Source: Lytechinus pictus (taxonomy: Eukaryota). Taken from it: a DNA stretch of 64,000 nucleotides. Position 1 is the first letter of the stretch; every line of letters begins with the position of its first letter. Below are positions 41,000 through 54,188 of the stretch, piece after piece. The stretch lies in the NCBI RefSeq assembly GCF_037042905.1, contig NC_087245.1, forward strand, positions 40,116,001-40,180,000, written 5' to 3'. The notes under the pieces are model-generated. The model was not told the DNA's origin, did not search any database, and worked only from the letters and a program-made list of their open reading frames with translations. Both the position numbers and the translations under genes were made by a program.

Positions 41000-42245
41000 A
41001 TACATTTACCACTAGTTATGATTAAAACAGGCTTGATATTGGATGTAGAAGAAAGTGATCATTAAAAAGACATCTCTCATCAGGAAATCCTTCCTGGAAT
41101 GAACAATAGAAAAACATGTTGAGCCAAAGTGGTTTATAAACCTTTTCTTCATTGTTTATAGCTTTGATGAAAGATCTCAAGGTTGTTGCCTCCAAGACTT
41201 CTTGCCTTGAACTCCGACATTTGAAATTCTCATTTATTTCTCCCCCTGTGTGGAAATTGAACTTTATTGCAATTTTACGAGAGCCTTCAGTCACTCATTT
41301 GCCCGTAAATCTTCATTCACCCTCGAGTTGACTTCTACATTGTCTTTTAGGCGGAGGTGGCATTCTATCGTCACCTAGGGAGCATGACATGAAGCAAATT
41401 GTCAGTGATTTTTCAATGATTGACTCGCTCTGAGCCAATCAGATGCAAGGATTTCAGTAGCTTATAACAGTTTTCCCGTCAAAAGCACTATTTGTTTCAT
41501 GAAAAGCTCCCCTGCTTGTGTTAATATACTTGTATTACCTAAGCCCAATTGTTTGATAGATTACTGATGAGGAAAAAAAAAACACACACATATTGCAGTG
41601 TATAAAAGGGAAGTGTTTATGTGCACAGCTGTGGCAGAAAAAAAAAGACTATATTATTGCCTCATACATGTAAAAAAAAAAAACAACAACAACAACCACA
41701 AAAGAAAACTTGAATATTTTTTATCACTGTATTCCAGTTGCTGCTAAATATCATTTCATTATGTTACATTTGAAGATGCCAGGTTCAGTGTTACATTATC
41801 CATTGTTTTTTAAAATAACACTGTATGTAATGAGGGCAAGGTAAGCTGTGACTATGCTATCATCCTTCTTAGAATAAAAGCGAATTTAATATCTAGGCGT
41901 AATGACGTCATAGCAGTCGTACGATTGGCTACGATTTGAAACTAATTTGGCCTTTACTCCAAGATGAAGGCTTGCAATCTTTCAAAATGGTTATATTAGT
42001 ATTCTTTCAATTAATTTCAACCTCAAATAAAATGATATGTTCCATTCACATTTTCAGAAAACGAGCAAAATGCGATTTGTTCCAAAATCGGATCGCGAAC
42101 AGTCGTAAGGTGTGCCATGGCCTTTAGGCAGTAAGTTTTGAAAAGTAGCCCCCCCCCCAAATTTTTTTTTATTTGTTTGCCTGCATGCCGATATTGTGTC
42201 TGTCATTTAATTTGTCTTTTCTGTGACCTTGTTTGACCCCTGCAG

Positions 42246-42329
42246 GAAGTTCCACCAACGGTCGGTTCCTTGAGACATCTTAACAACTTCAACGTAGACC
42301 GAAACAGATTAACCCAGCTACCTGCTCAG
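42246..42329 (+). CDS. scrib: Scribble exon, LRR (EVPPTVGSLRHLNNFNVDRNRLTQLPAQ)
   Basis: ccctgcag| ... CAG|gttagt; 84 nt, phase 0->0. Confidence 0.93.
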
Positions 42330-43804
42330 GTTAGTACTTAAAGGGGAATTTCATTCTGACGATATTTTGCAGTAATATTATAGAAATATATTCAATTCAA
42401 TTCAATTAAAAAATGGTGCTTGCATTGATGATCATACAGTATCGTACATGAATTGAAAAAAAAACATGTTAACAGAAATCTTGGCACATATATGATTATC
42501 ATAATAAATAACGTTTTTAAAGTTATACATCCAAAAAGCTAATGTTAAATGAAATGCATACAGGACAGTGAATGAATATAAGATGATTTTAAAAACCCAG
42601 CTTACTTAAGAGGAGAGGGGCATTCGTGCATAATGTTGATGATGACAAAAGTGACTGCATGAAAGGGGGGGGGGCACCATTGTCCATCATATTGGTCAAA
42701 GTTTGATAAAATCCCCAAATCAAATAATTTTTAAAAAGTTTTTGATTTGTGATGTCATATGCCAGCAACTCCCTATATTTTCATTGAATTTCTTTTTTAA
42801 ATGGAATACAATGAATACGAATGGTGTTGAAATTTGCTTGCTAGATCCTAGATCATTAGTTTTATTGGGATTTCTCCTTAAATTGTTTCCATTTGACATT
42901 TTGGAGACAGCTTCCTTCTATTGTGACGTGCTGTCATATATATACACACAAAGGAAGGAATGACCCAAACTTACTTCCAGGGAGGAAATTTCATACAAAT
43001 GGATCTCATTTGGGATTTACATTGGTATATTCTCTTGTTGGATAGGAGATCTATGTGATCACCTCATTTTCAGTCTGAAAAACAATAATGCCAGGGGTAT
43101 TACAGAGAAATTATACACACAAAGTATTGATATTCAGATGCAAGATTACATGTAAGTGAGGTTTAGAGGTGAAAGGAAAGTGAAAGAATTAATATATGTA
43201 TGAAGGGATTAGTTTAAGACATTGGTTATCAGTAAAAAGGTCTTTTAAAATATTGAACTTTGATGTGTGTTGTATTTAATATTCATATGGATAGACAATA
43301 AAATAAATTGTAAAGATATTTTCAACTTATCCGTGACTGAAAATATCATGATTGAAATCCCAGGGAGATAAATGTGACACATGTTAGTTTATGTACTAGA
43401 TTGAGTTGGTGTTTCCGGTCATATTACTTTTCACTTTGTTTGAAGCACTGAATAATGATTTGTAGGTGTAATGTTTTCACGGCTTAATATCACAGACACA
43501 GGTAACTAATGCTACCTTGCAGCTCAAATCAATGTTCATTGTCAATATTAATGCCTTTAAGGCTATAATTAAATTAATTCACTTGATAAATTGAATAAAG
43601 AGATAATTTGTCAGATTTGAGGAGGAATATCATTTCCTTTAGAGAGATAATTAACTGGCAGAACCTATATTTACCAATCTGTAGGGTCCTGTAACATAAA
43701 AGTTAAAATCGATTTTTCAACTAAGCATATGTCCAATAATTGTAAGTGTAATGGTAAACGTTGTACTAAAACACAATCAATGATTAATAGTATGTATATC
43801 ACTT

Positions 43805-44100
43805 TGTTTCACCACCTCCCCAGATTGGAAAATGCGCATGTCTTGGTGTCCTCTCTCTCTGAGATAAAAGACTTGACCAGAGAATGAATAGATGAAGAGA
43901 TAAATAATCAGATTATAGAGGGAATACATGTATAACCTCTTTGATTAACAAGCAATACCTACATGTATATATTTCTAATACACCAGATTGGGAACTGCAT
44001 ATGACTTGGCGTCCTCTCCTTATGAGACTTGACGAAAGAATGAATAGATGAATGAATAAAAAGAGATGTATTGTCAGAATATAGGAAGAAAAATATAACA
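43805..44100 (+). repeat. Two degenerate tandem copies of the acceptor plus 5' part of the next LRR exon
   Basis: cag|attggaaaatgcgcatgtcttggtgtcctctctctctgagataaaagactt (43824) and cag|attgggaactgcatatgacttggcgtcctctccttatgagactt (43987) align to exon start 44237; both have CGA>TGA. Confidence 0.8.
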
Positions 44101-44236
44101 TTTTTCAAGAGATCTATGAAATTTATATACCTATGATGATAATAGTTGCATTTATATTTTTATGATATTGATATTAATACTTTGTTTCAAAGTGCTTTGC
44201 ATTGTGATTATAACATATATATTTCTCGTACCCCAG

Positions 44237-44419
44237 ATCGGGAAATGCACACGTCTCGGCGTCCTATCCCTCCGAGACAACAGACTTCTTCGTCTCCCGC
44301 CCGAGCTGGGTCAGCTACGAGAGCTTCACGTTCTGGATGTATGCGGTAATCGGCTGGACTGGTTACCCATCCAGCTGGCAAATTGCAACCTAAAAGCACT
44401 CTGGCTCTCAGAAAACCAG
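44237..44419 (+). CDS. scrib: Scribble exon, last LRRs/LAPSDa (IGKCTRLGVLSLRDNRLLRLPPELGQLRELHVLDVCGNRLDWLPIQLANCNLKALWLSENQ)
   Basis: ccccag| ... CAG|gtaggt; 183 nt; within ORF 44162..44593. Confidence 0.96.
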
Positions 44420-44707
44420 GTAGGTTCCACTTACTTGCAGGGCTTTCCTTCACTGGAGGTAGTGAAGTTGATTGCCCTCGTTGTCCACCTTGACTGCCAT
44501 GCTGCCCTCAAAGTCCCTATTTGCATTAGTGGTTCTAAGGCGATCCCCCCCCCCCAAAAAAAAAATCCCTCAAGTATGTTCAAGATTCTTTGATTGGTCA
44601 ATATATGCATACAAAGAGAGTTGATTCCCAATGGCTTTGACAAAAAGTATACATAAAGATGGAAAATACAATATACCATAACATTATAGAAAACAGTACA
44701 TAAAACC

Positions 44708-45320
44708 CCCATTCCACAGAGAGCAAGACCTCTGAAAGACTGCTGTAAGACCATAAAACTTGCCTGATCTTTCAAGGGTCTTTAAACGAACTTTCAAAGA
44801 TCTCTGAGGTCTTTCACGATTCCTGATGAATCTTTCAGTGGTCTTCGTAGCCCTTGAGATTCCCAAAACTTTTTGAAATGGTTCAAAACAGTCTTTCAGC
44901 GGTCTTTCAGGAAAATGGTCTTTTGGTGGTCTTTCAGCAGTCTTTCGATGAACTTTCAAATTTCTTATTAGTCTTTCAACAGTATTTCAAGACTTTTGCG
45001 GGGATCACAGTAAGACTCATTAGAGATCATTGAAAGTTCCGTGAAAGATCATTGGAAGACAAGGAAAAGTTCATGGAAAGAATTCTCAAAGATCACTTGT
45101 TGCATAAAAGATCTCTGAAAGACCATTGAAAGATATCTATAGGACTAGTCCAAGTCCAGTAAGACAAGAAGTATCAATCAGTCTTTCAGAGTTCTTTGAG
45201 GAGTCTTTCTGAGCCATTCCACAAGATGACAAATTTCAGTGATTTTGGAGACTGCTTTAAGACCTTGCCAGGTTTTGGCCTTTCAAAGGTTCTTCAAAGG
45301 TCTCCCCTCTGTGGAATGGG
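44708..45320. mobile_element. MITE with CCC...GGG ends and many internal TGAAAGAC/GTCTTTCA motifs
   Basis: TIR CCCATTCCACAGAG...CTCTGTGGAATGGG. Confidence 0.72.
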
Positions 45321-47237
45321 CGCCTTAAACTTTCTGCAATAACTTTGATACCCCTAAATCTCATAATGCATGTGTGTGATGATAAGGTGGCTGTATGTAT
45401 ATGACGTTATGTGCATGTTTTTACAAGAATATTTATTAAAATTTACGTAGGCCTTATTTCGTGGCCAGTGCCATTTTGCTGTAGGACACATACTTTTTTT
45501 TAAACACAAATGGGAAAATGAAAAGGCTACCAAAAAAAAAAGGAAGGGCACAATCTAAGGGGGCATCGTGGACAATCGAGAGGGCACCAATAACATTACC
45601 CCTTCATGGCCTTGGATTATTGACTTGTTTATCCAAAGGGTGAATTAAAAACGAGCGAGAAAAAGAAAAGAGCGATATGTAAATATCACAATTTCAACAT
45701 TCCTGCTATATTGCATTGCATAATGCAGACGCGACTGCCAGGGATGTTTCACTTCTCTACAAAAAACAAATCAAAAATCTTGATTGAGCGTAACTAGACC
45801 AATGGCAAGCCATGTTAACATGCAAACTAAGAATTACCAGCTCCAAATTTTCTTGAACACCCCTTCAACTTAACAAGGTTTTTCAATTATGTAGTTATTA
45901 AATGTACATTTCAAAGTGTATTATGTACCTTTCAATATGTACATGTTTGTTTGTTTGTAATCTTCTTAAAGGTATGCTAATCACTCAGAAGGTCATCTAT
46001 AGTGCATTTGCATGACCGAAACATAAACACACTATATACCTGACCGTCTGCATACATGTCTGTGTATGTGTAAGGGGCATTACTACTACCATTGCATCCT
46101 GTGAAATATAAATCCTTTTAATTAACTCTCATTTCCTGGGTTGCCACCACTGAATGACCTGAGATTAATTACTGTCGTGATTAGTCTGCGATGGTGGCAG
46201 GTAATGTGAATTGTCACTTGGGCTTTAATATCGCGCTTTGCCCAATGCCTTGTGCCATTTGGTCATTAATATGCAGTTGTGTGTACAAAAAGTTCATATT
46301 AAATATATTGCCATTTGGCCTAATTGCGACCTGCAATGTATGTGCATATGTGGGTGGATGTGGTTGTGTGTGTGGGTGTGTGTATATATGTGTGTTTGTA
46401 ATAGTTTTCCATTCTATTGTTAGCATCTTAACCTTAAATATATTTATTTTCTCTCCTTTTGTATCTTTTTGTAGATTAGTATGTTTTATGTTAATAATCA
46501 TAAGTATTCCAGGGCCCTACTCACAAGCTTTGCTTTTAAAGGGGTCCTAAAACCAATTCGGCTATGCTATAATCTAATTGATTTATGTTTATCTACTCAT
46601 TTACATGTATGTATATCTATTTTGATTATGATGTGATGTTTTTGGTTTTTGGTTTTGAATAAATAAACTTGAACTTAAACTATTTCCAGTTATGCTATGC
46701 TCACTTGGTCTGTCTGAGTAAACAAACTGGTCAAAATCCAGTCGGTCATTAGAAAATATGACAGCTCGTCCAAGTGGTCATTAGACCAAATGGTGATTGG
46801 ATAAAAACAGTGATTGAACTAAATTGATAACTGACAATATCTTTCTACACATGTAACTAGTTCTTTTGTATTTTTGTAAGCATGTTTAATTTTTATCAGC
46901 CTTTTCTTATACTGTCATGTCAATGGGCTAAGTGGTTTTTTTTCTGTGCCACAATCATTTATGTGATTTCATTTTATTACATAACTGTTTAATAGGTATA
47001 CCTTTTTTAGGGGTCATGTTAGAAATGCAGAAATTTGTTAGAAATTTACCAAGAATGTTTTTACTCTCAACTTAATCTTAACAGTAAAATTTATATGAGG
47101 AACATTGTTTTTCTAATTAAAAAAAAAATTCATCTTTCAGTCCTTTCCTTTTATCTTCCCAAACCTCAAAATATGCTGATGAAGGTACCAATCACAAATC
47201 TTTGTTCTGTTAGAACTGAATGAAAATGTCAAATCCA

Positions 47238-47667
47238 AGTCCCCATGACACTTATTCAGAATCAGCAGGAATCAAGCAGAAGCTGAAACAAAAAAAAGAA
47301 TATTTTTAAAAATCTAGAAATTTTTAAGGAGGAACTTGTGAATTCACCAAACTGGAGTTGAAATTCAGTAAATTGACCAGGTGAATCACCATACACTAGT
47401 CAAAATGAACCGCAATGGAGTCAGATTGATAATTCGTGCTACATTCTTGGACATTCTAGGCGCATTCTAAATATTCTGAGTGCATTCGAAATATTTTTGT
47501 CATTTCTTTTGGCCGTCCCGAAGGTTTTGGTCATGTTCAAAACATTCGAGGGGTATTTTCGAACGGTGTTCGAAGTAGATTTAAATGACCAACTGGTGGT
47601 CGAACAATAGTCCTTTCATTCCGGCCGATTCTGCTTGATTCGGAATAAGTGTCAGTGATGGGGGCTT
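47238..47667. mobile_element. Harbinger-like MITE, inverted copy of 26164..26594
   Basis: Reverse complement aligns almost end to end with 26164..26594. Confidence 0.85.
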
Positions 47668-47782
47668 TACTTTCAATGCAATCTTAGCAGCAAAATTTTT
47701 CTGAGGATTGTTGATTTTACGTACAATATACCTCGCCCCATTTTCATTTTTTTGAAAACATTTGTTTGTCTTTGTCTTGTAG

Positions 47783-47885
47783 TCCCAACCTATGCTGAAT
47801 TTCCAGACCGAAGAAATAGGACCACAGAGGCTGAAAGTCTTAACGTGTTTTCTTCTACCACAGAAGGGACCATCAGAGGGAATGG
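47783..47885 (+). CDS. scrib: Scribble exon, LAPSD (SQPMLNFQTEEIGPQRLKVLTCFLLPQKGPSEGM)
   Basis: ttgtag| ... G|gtaagc; 103 nt, phase 0->1; LTCFLLPQ LAPSDb motif. Confidence 0.94.
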
Positions 47886-48594
47886 GTAAGCATTCTATCT
47901 CATGATGCCTCTCCTAACCCAGGAGTGAAATAGACCAAAATCAAAAAGATTTAGAATTTTCAAGATTTTTTTTTCTTTTTTTTTTCTGTTAATCCCAAGT
48001 ACAAACCCTAAACAGAAAACAGTGCCCTTAGAAACACCAGTAGTAAGCGCCTTATAAATGTTATGTATTATTATTTTATTATTCAAGATAATTTTGAAAG
48101 TGTAAGTTCCTATATCAACCAAGATAAGATATCATACATGTACAAGTATAGCGATCAGACTTCGCCAGTAAGCATGCATATTTATTTCCCCTTTAAAAAA
48201 AAAATATTGATGGGATCCACTATCACTATCACAGTTTTGAATCCAATTTAAGATATTGTTACTAGTATAGCAATGTTTTTACGGACGAGCTCCTTCAAAC
48301 TTAAAATGCTTTAGTTAAATGTCTATAATCCAACACATTATCTTCGTTCACACAATAAGAATTTATCAATCATATCTCTAATATCAAGTAAAATATTTGG
48401 TTAATTTCCAAATTCCCTGGAAACTGTTGATAAAGTAGACACATTCGAGCTGCTCTTCAAACTTTCTTATTAAAAAATGTACCTCAATTCACCAAAGTGA
48501 ACTCGGTAACTTATCTTTTTCTCTTCTTTGTATTCTGAAGTGCGTAGAGATGTACAGTGTACATGTAGCTATATTTTGTGATGTGCACTATATG

Positions 48595-49102
48595 CAGGGT
48601 TTCCAGCCCATCAGGGAAATCAGGGAACATTATTTTACTTTTTGCCAGTCAGGGAAAAATCAGGGAATTTGATAAAAAATACCTCAAATCAGGGAAAAAA
48701 TGCCTCAAATGAGGGGAAAAATCAGGGAAATTTGATCAGCTTAAAAGTCGAAAGCACGGTAGTCAGTCAGACTCTGTTATATTTTGTTGCATATCAAAGT
48801 GGCGTCTTTAACATAGTGTGTTGTAATTTAATGATATGTACTAAGATTGCCTTGAATCAACCCCTTTCTGTATAAGGTGAGGAAAGGATGGCTGTATGGG
48901 GAGAAGGGAGGCCATTACATGCCTGCGTAATAGTACTAATCACTTTAACATTATTGTTTTTATACTGAAAATACATGTAATTAACTGCAAAAACTTAGAA
49001 AGCATGCGAAACTGGAATGGGTTTAAATAATTATCAGGGAATTTTTAAACTTCATCAGGGAAAAATAGGGAATTTTGTTTTCTTGAAAAGCTGGGAACCC
49101 TG
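48595..49102. mobile_element. hAT-like MITE with TCAGGGAA subterminal repeats
   Basis: CAGGGTTTCCAGC...GCTGGGAACCCTG ends; TSD not evident. Confidence 0.65.
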
Positions 49103-49248
49103 ATATAAACATAGGGTATTATCATTAGTATTATCATCAATTTCTTGTCATTTATCAGATATTCTGACAGATAATGACAATCTCTATATTGATGGTGATT
49201 ATTGTTAGGATCCACTATAACATCAATTTCTTGTCTTTTTTAACTCAG

Positions 49249-49370
49249 ATGTTCTAACAGATTATGACAACTTGAACATCGGTGCCCTGGACACGGATGC
49301 AGTCAACCTAGAGGGTAGAGCCAGGATGGCCATGTTCGCTGATGGAGTCGTTGATAATGAAGGAAAATCA
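49249..49370 (+). CDS. scrib: Scribble linker exon (DVLTDYDNLNIGALDTDAVNLEGRARMAMFADGVVDNEGKS)
   Basis: actcag| ... TCA|gtaagt; 122 nt, phase 1->0, fits neighbouring phases; within ORF frame 49272..49460. Confidence 0.82.
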
Positions 49371-50189
49371 GTAAGTGAAAAAAACAACAGGAATTTTCAT
49401 GGAATTAAGGAGTTACGGCATGATTTTACATACATCATCGACCAGGGTAGAATTTCATGATATGACGTGTCAGACGTTTGATCTGACAAGTCCTGTTTTG
49501 TCTGACAGTCACTGTAGTAAGAGTGCTTCTCAACCAATAAAATTCAAGGAAATGTTACCGATCTGACAGCTTGTCAGATTTTAATGTTGATGAAATGGTC
49601 CCGAGGGGAGCGTCCCATCCGACAAGTTGTCAGATTTCCTTGGTTGTAATTGGTTGAAGAGCAATCCTATTATAGTAACTGTCAGATAAGGCATCCAACA
49701 AGTCCTTTCATGAAATGCTCACCTGAAATTGGAATTTATGTTTAAAATATATGTTTTGCCTTCGCATTTTATTTCTTAGTGTTGAATTATACCAGAGAGT
49801 TCAAAAAAAGGAATTTCTCTGTATTATTTGAGCAATGTATGTAGTGTGTTGATGGATTGCTCATTTAGACAATTCATTTTTAACTTTTTGATAACCTCCC
49901 CAAAATATTTTAGAAGATACTATGATAATAGATGTCGTAATCTCCAAATTTTGTTAGATTTTCATTACTTTACCAAGAGAGGATATATTATGGTACAAAA
50001 AGAACGAGAATGATTCATAAATTTCAAATGATTCATTCCTGTAGTAAATAGGTTTGTTGCCAATGCGTGCTATATTTTGTGATAAACAGTCAGCTCTTTG
50101 TTATTGGGACCTATTTTAAGAATCCATACTTTATTGCAGTATCAGGTGGAGAAGCGCATAAGTAGACACACACCCTTGAGTGAAGCTAA

Positions 50190-50804
50190 TGGAACATAGA
50201 GAGAGAATGAGAGAGAGAGGGGTGGAGGAGGACGAATGAGAAGAGAGAGTGAGTGGTTGGTCAAAGTAGAAGAAGGGAAGGATGAAAGTGTATTAAAAGA
50301 GCATGACAGAGAAAAAGAGAGGTAGATAGATAAAGAGATGAGAGAGTGAAAGAGAGTTTGGGTGTACATGTATGTGAGAGAGAGTGAGAGTGATATAGAA
50401 AGATAAATATTCTTTGTGGTTTGCTATAATACATGTCATTCTTCTTTCCTTAATCCAATTATGAAACGATATGCAAAGGGCATTATTTTGTTTAAAGAGA
50501 GAGAGAAAGAAGAGGAGGACAAGTGCACGAAAGAAGAAGTAGTAAAAGGAGGGGGGAGTTGCATACATAGGAAGGGGGAGAATTTCACTTTGTGTATAGT
50601 AAAGCTGAGAGTGAGAGGCTTAGTGTGAGAGTGGGAAACAGTTATAGAGGGACAAACAGACAAAAAGAACAAGAGAGAAAGAAATAAAGAAATAAAGAAA
50701 GAAAGAAAGAAGTCAAGTGAAAAAAGAAAGAGAAGGACCATAACGTTGTAGAGGGAAGTACATGAGGGAAGAAGTTCACTTCATGTGTAGTAAAGCTGAG
50801 AGTG

Positions 50805-50839
<35 letters not shown>

Positions 50840-51000
50840 AAGCAGAAAGAGCAAGAGAGAGAAAGAGAGACATAGAAAAAGAAAGAAGAGGAAGAAGTAA
50901 AGAAGGAGTAGGACAAGGTAGAGGGGAATACATAGGGAGGGAAGAATTTGACTTTATGTGTAGTATTATAGCTGAGAGTGAGAGAGAGAGAGAGAGATTG
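50190..51000. repeat. Purine-rich tract: (GA)n, (GATA)n, (GAAA)n plus three copies of a ~175-190-bp unit
   Basis: gaa.ttcactt..tgtg.tagtaaagctgagagtgaga recurs near 50575, 50766 and 50940. Confidence 0.8.
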
Positions 51001-52473
51001 ATCAGCAGACGAATGATCCCTGTGTGTACACGGCCGACGTTCGCGTGTGACTCACAGGATACTGATTGACGATGTCCGCCACATGCCTCCTATAAATTCC
51101 AAGCAACAAGTTGTTTGACGTGGAAGATAATCATTAAAACCCCCCTCTTCCTCAAATGAAAGTCCTGATTTACTGTGTCTGGCTTTGTGTACACACGTAC
51201 ACTGGGTTGAGTCAATCTGCTGATGTAAAGCGATTTAGTATTGTCGTACCCATTATGGTGATGTCATAGATGCAAGCTATTTTTGTCTCTTTGTTTATGA
51301 GGGTATCATATAGGTCATGGCTGTATTTCCATTCCCAGCTGTACAAATATAGCAATGTGCATGTCTGATTATTTGAGCAAAGCTGAAATAGGCAATGAAA
51401 TTATGGAATAAAATATAGACTAAAGGATATTACTTTTCAGACATGTTTACATAATATTTTGAATGCTTCACAAAGTATTATAGAGGAATTAATCTAAGAA
51501 ATGGATTAGATACAATTCCTTAAGAAATGAACATGCAAATGGGTGTGTATGAAACAAAATAGATTGATATTACTTTATATATTTATTGACTCACAACAGA
51601 TAGTGGCTTATTCTGTAAACAATCACAATGGAATTGTCATACATCTACAGTTTATGCTAATATTATTCAATTTGGGGACAATTTGTAAAAGGTAATTCGA
51701 ACCAGTGTTGCTTTTTTTGTTGCTTCGAGTGTGTATATATATATTTATTATTCAAATTCAAATTTATTTGCATGTTCATTTCTTAACTCTTGCTGCACTG
51801 ATGTTGCAATTTTGCATATTCGTAAAATTAAATTCAACAATTGTTATTATTTTTTTCCCTTACCTTAATACCGGGGAATGTGACAAACAGCTGTAGTTCT
51901 TGGGAAGCATCTATTCCATAATAATCAATATCGATGATGACATTTTGAACTCTAAATTCAAAGAAAGTATCATCAGTACGATTGTCATTATTATTCCCCC
52001 CAAAATTAATTCAGCCTTCAAAGAGTTAAGGAATAAATAACACTGTCAAAAATATTTAATGCTGTCTGAAATCCAAACCTAGCTGTGCCAGAGACTGATG
52101 GATGTATTGGGTAGTGTGTCAAATTAGCATCCTGTAAAGTTAAGTCTTGTAATAACAAATGCACCATATCTTTGACAGATTTACTATCAGCCAATCAAAT
52201 TGAAGGATTTCAGTAGCTTTAAACTAGTATTGCAAATATGTTATTATAACAAGTTTATGAATTGGTGGTGTTGGGGGGGGGGGGGAGAAGCACCAGGGGC
52301 CCGTAACACAAAACTCAGCAATGATCGTAGAACATTTTTCTACGATTGATTGCATTGACTACAATGTAAAATCCAGTGTTATCTGTTAAGTAATCAACCA
52401 TGTGTTGGTTAATTCCAATTATGGTCTGTTCTTGTAGACTATGTAATCACTTTTCACATGTTATTTTCTACAG

Positions 52474-52587
52474 ACGCCGTTCTCAAGACAAGACACACCC
52501 CACCCCAAGGATCTCAAGTCCAGACATCCCAAGTACTTCCAGGTTAAAGAGGGTGGCAAGTCAGAAGATGAAGCCGAACCGACAGAG
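52474..52587 (+). CDS. scrib: Scribble linker exon (TPFSRQDTPHPKDLKSRHPKYFQVKEGGKSEDEAEPTE)
   Basis: ttctacag| ... GAG|gtatgt; 114 nt; TPHP..LK motif typical of the Scribble linker. Confidence 0.88.
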
Positions 52588-52750
52588 GTATGTAGATTAC
52601 AGGGTTCCATGACATGGAAAATCCACATTTTAAGCCAAACATAAAAGCCAACATCCAAAACTGAATAAACTCCAATCTTTATATTCACATTGTTCTAAAC
52701 TAAAAGCTCTATTGCAATCGTAGCTCTAACCTTATGCCCTCTGAGATATT

Positions 52751-53144
52751 GGCCCAAATTCAAAAAGATGGTTTTGAAAACCCACTGTTGAATCCATGGT
52801 TTATGCAGATTTCCTGTATAAATTACGCTTAACTTAGCGCGTATCGGGCGCATGTATAAAAAAATTGTCCAATGCTGATGCGTGCTTTTGTCAAAGTTTG
52901 CCTGTTACCATGGTTAGATATGCTATTTATTCATGAGTCCACTGTTTGAACAGTGTACTCATGAATAAAATAGCGTGACTAACCGCGGCAACAGGCGTCA
53001 ATTTGGCGCACTGTTACAAATGTGCGCATCAGCATTGGACATTTTTCAATATACGTGGTAAAATACGCGTAATTTATACAGAAAATCTGCATAAACCATG
53101 GACTCAACCGTGGGTTATAAAAACCACCTTTGTGCATTCGGGCC
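52751..53144. mobile_element. Harbinger-like MITE with long internal inverted repeats
   Basis: GGCCC...GGGCC ends, ATT TSD; ccatggtttatgcagattt / aaatctgcataaaccatgg. Confidence 0.78.
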
Positions 53145-53525
53145 ATTTAGCCCAGCAAATGTCGCAGGAACAAATGTCTTGTCACCAGATTTGGGATCAA
53201 ATCTAAGTAAGTAAGACCCCCCCAAAAAAAGGAAATAAAAAGCAAACAACAACCTAGCATGCTTAGTTTCCTTCCTGTTCGGGGGGACCCTGGTCACAAT
53301 TCACCTCACCTTGTGTGAGTGCTGCACAATGTGGGTGAATTTCTTGCTGGAGGAAGACACGCCATGGCTTGGAATCGAACCCACCTCCCTCAGATTGAAA
53401 GAGTCCTAACCACTAGTTCACAATGCCCTCAGATATTTGTTTCATAAAGGTGTCCCACTCCATTCCTAGATGTTTATGTGAAGGTAGATTAATTTGAGCA
53501 TTTCCTTTATTATTTATCGGGACAG

Positions 53526-53774
53526 AACGGTGGGGTAGTCTTAGAGAATGGACACACGGTGAGCCCCCACGTGGAGGTCCAGCAGCAGTACGTCTCGCCC
53601 GTCGCCGAGGGCAGGGGGGTCTCGTTCGACAGCAACGTTGCACCCACCATCGCCGTGACGACATGCTCTGCCCCTGACGCAGAGACGGGAGGAAGGTCAG
53701 ATCTGGTAGATGGGCTAGAGGATAAGCTTTCTGTGGATGGTAGGACAGGAGGTCTCACACCCGAAGACTCGGAT
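53526..53774 (+). CDS. scrib: Scribble linker exon (NGGVVLENGHTVSPHVEVQQQYVSPVAEGRGVSFDSNVAPT...GGLTPEDSD)
   Basis: gacag| ... GAT|gtaagt; 249 nt open frame, GC/CpG-rich relative to introns; in frame with ORF 53559..53846. Confidence 0.82.
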
Positions 53775-54188
53775 GTAAGTAACATTGCAAGTCCATTCCT
53801 CAGTGTTTCAATTCCCATAGCTTATGAACTAATGGGTGTTTCATAAAGCTATTTGTAAATTATGACCAACTTCACGAACGATTGGTGAACCTTTCTTAGA
53901 CACTACATGAACCAGTTGTTCATAAAGTCTCTCTTAACTTATGAACAGCTTTATGAAACACCCACTATAGATCATGAAGTTTGAGTTGTTAGTGAATTAA
54001 CCCATTCTGGAAACCTTGATATCAATAAACTTTGCTGGAATATTAAAACAGGGAGAATTTAATGTAAGTAAAAATGAATGAAGAACTGGGAACTCTTTCC
54101 AGAAAGTTGTCAGTAATGACAAGTTGTCATTATCTGACAATTACCACATTAACATTCAGACACCTTCACTTCTCACCACCCATCATTA

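Noticed and set aside
45850..46685. Possible CR1/L2 LINE 3' end (aataaataaacttgaac tail); also about 21800-22130 and 40460-40580
   Set aside because: No recognisable reverse-transcriptase coding remnant; too degenerate to call without a repeat library.
49159..49194. 36-nt symmetric micro-exon from the duplicated acceptor using G|gtgatt
   Set aside because: It would leave a 54-nt intron to 49249, probably too short, and the donor is weak.
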